Part shown: positions 63,335 through 64,000 of the stretch, piece by piece
How positions within the stretch are numbered: position 1 is the first letter of the stretch
Layout of the letters: every line of letters begins with the position of its first letter
Sequence record: SRR20825006_1005
Direction: 5' to 3' (one strand)
Length of the DNA: 64,000 nt
Notes under the pieces: model-generated
Told to the model about the DNA's origin: nothing
Database searches by the model: none
Seen by the model: only the letters and a program-made list of their open reading frames with translations
Program-made: the position numbers and the translations under genes

Positions 63335-64000
63335 GTGATTCACTGCCGTCCAGTTCGGATCTTTGTCTTTGGTGCATTATTAGTCTTCTTACTTGGAGGC
63401 GGTTTGTTGTGTTTGCCGTCTTCTGCTCAAGAGGCCAGTAACACTGATAGGGAACGCGTGACCGCGGACCGGTTCTTCCAAGTCCTGTTGCGCCGGCCTC
63501 GTCCTGGCACCGCACTGGATCGAGTTTATGGGTATCATGTTCAAAACGGTTCTCTTGATCAGCTGATCGAATCGTTGGATGTAGAAGACGATGCGTCGTC
63601 AGCTGGTGAGAAGGCAATGATCTTAGGGCTGATCCAAGCCCAACGCGGTAAGTCAGCCCTCGCTGTGGAGGCATTCTCGAAGGCAGAAGATCGTTTGCCC
63701 AACGAGGCTGCTTGCAGCTTTTATCTCGGCAAATCGCTGCTTGCTGTTGGCGAAAATGAACGTGCCGCGGCGGCAATTCAACGTTCAATCGACCGGGGGC
63801 CCGCACGCAACGAGGCGGTGCCAATTTTTACTGAGTTAGGTCGGATTTATGGGCGGGCAGGTCAGAACGAAAAGGCATTCGCCGTTTGGAAGCAACTCGA
63901 AGCGATGTTCCCGCGAGATGCCCGCGTCGGGGGCCAAATTGCTCGAGCACTCGCCGAAGAAGGAAACCTGGAAGAAGCACTCGCGCGGTTTGTTGCACTG
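63335..64000 (+). CDS. Secreted TPR-repeat protein, 3' truncated by window edge (absent from ORF track)
   Basis: Hand translation is open from GTG 63335 (GAGG upstream) to the end: signal ending SSA|QE, then TPR-like units LGLIQAQRGK, YLGKSLLAVGENERAA, LGRIYGRAGQNEKA. Confidence 0.8.
   Translation, partial: MIHCRPVRIFVFGALLVFLLGGGLLCLPSSAQEASNTDRERVTADRFFQVLLRRPRPGTALDRVYGYHVQNGSLDQLIESLDVEDDASSAGEKAMILGLIQAQRGKSALAVEAFSKAEDRLPNEAACSFYLGKSLLAVGENERAAAAIQRSIDRGPARNEAVPIFTELGRIYGRAGQNEKAFAVWKQLEAMFPRDARVGGQIARALAEEGNLEEALARFVAL

Overview
Gene-dense chromosomal window from a planctomycete, most likely Rhodopirellula or a close relative. This is inferred from gene content: sulfatase, BamB/PQQ-like propellers, TadE/TadG, a MoxR-vWA operon and a Cys-rich secreted protein. 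I saw no rRNA, tRNA, CRISPR array, prophage or transposase. Housekeeping genes: gltX, gcvT-H-PA-PB with a lipoyl/octanoyl transferase, thiD, PPi-type pfk, mutM and metF. Most notable observations: (1) a divergent non-PTS MurNAc/peptidoglycan salvage cluster (sugar kinase-murQ opposite SSS symporter-namZ-unknown coupled gene); (2) a secreted protein with about 50 Cys and amphipathic spacers, behind a long structured leader with GGA-loop hairpins, convergent with a transglutaminase-like lipoprotein whose catalytic Cys position is Ser; (3) a consensus sigma-54 promoter ahead of a long-tailed csrA, a sigma-54 activator and thiD; (4) a REP-like palindrome cluster before gltX; (5) a DoxX-MarR-alkylsulfatase unit with a candidate operator. 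All calls come from motif recognition by eye with no database search. Start codons were often trimmed from the ORF track and are provisional.
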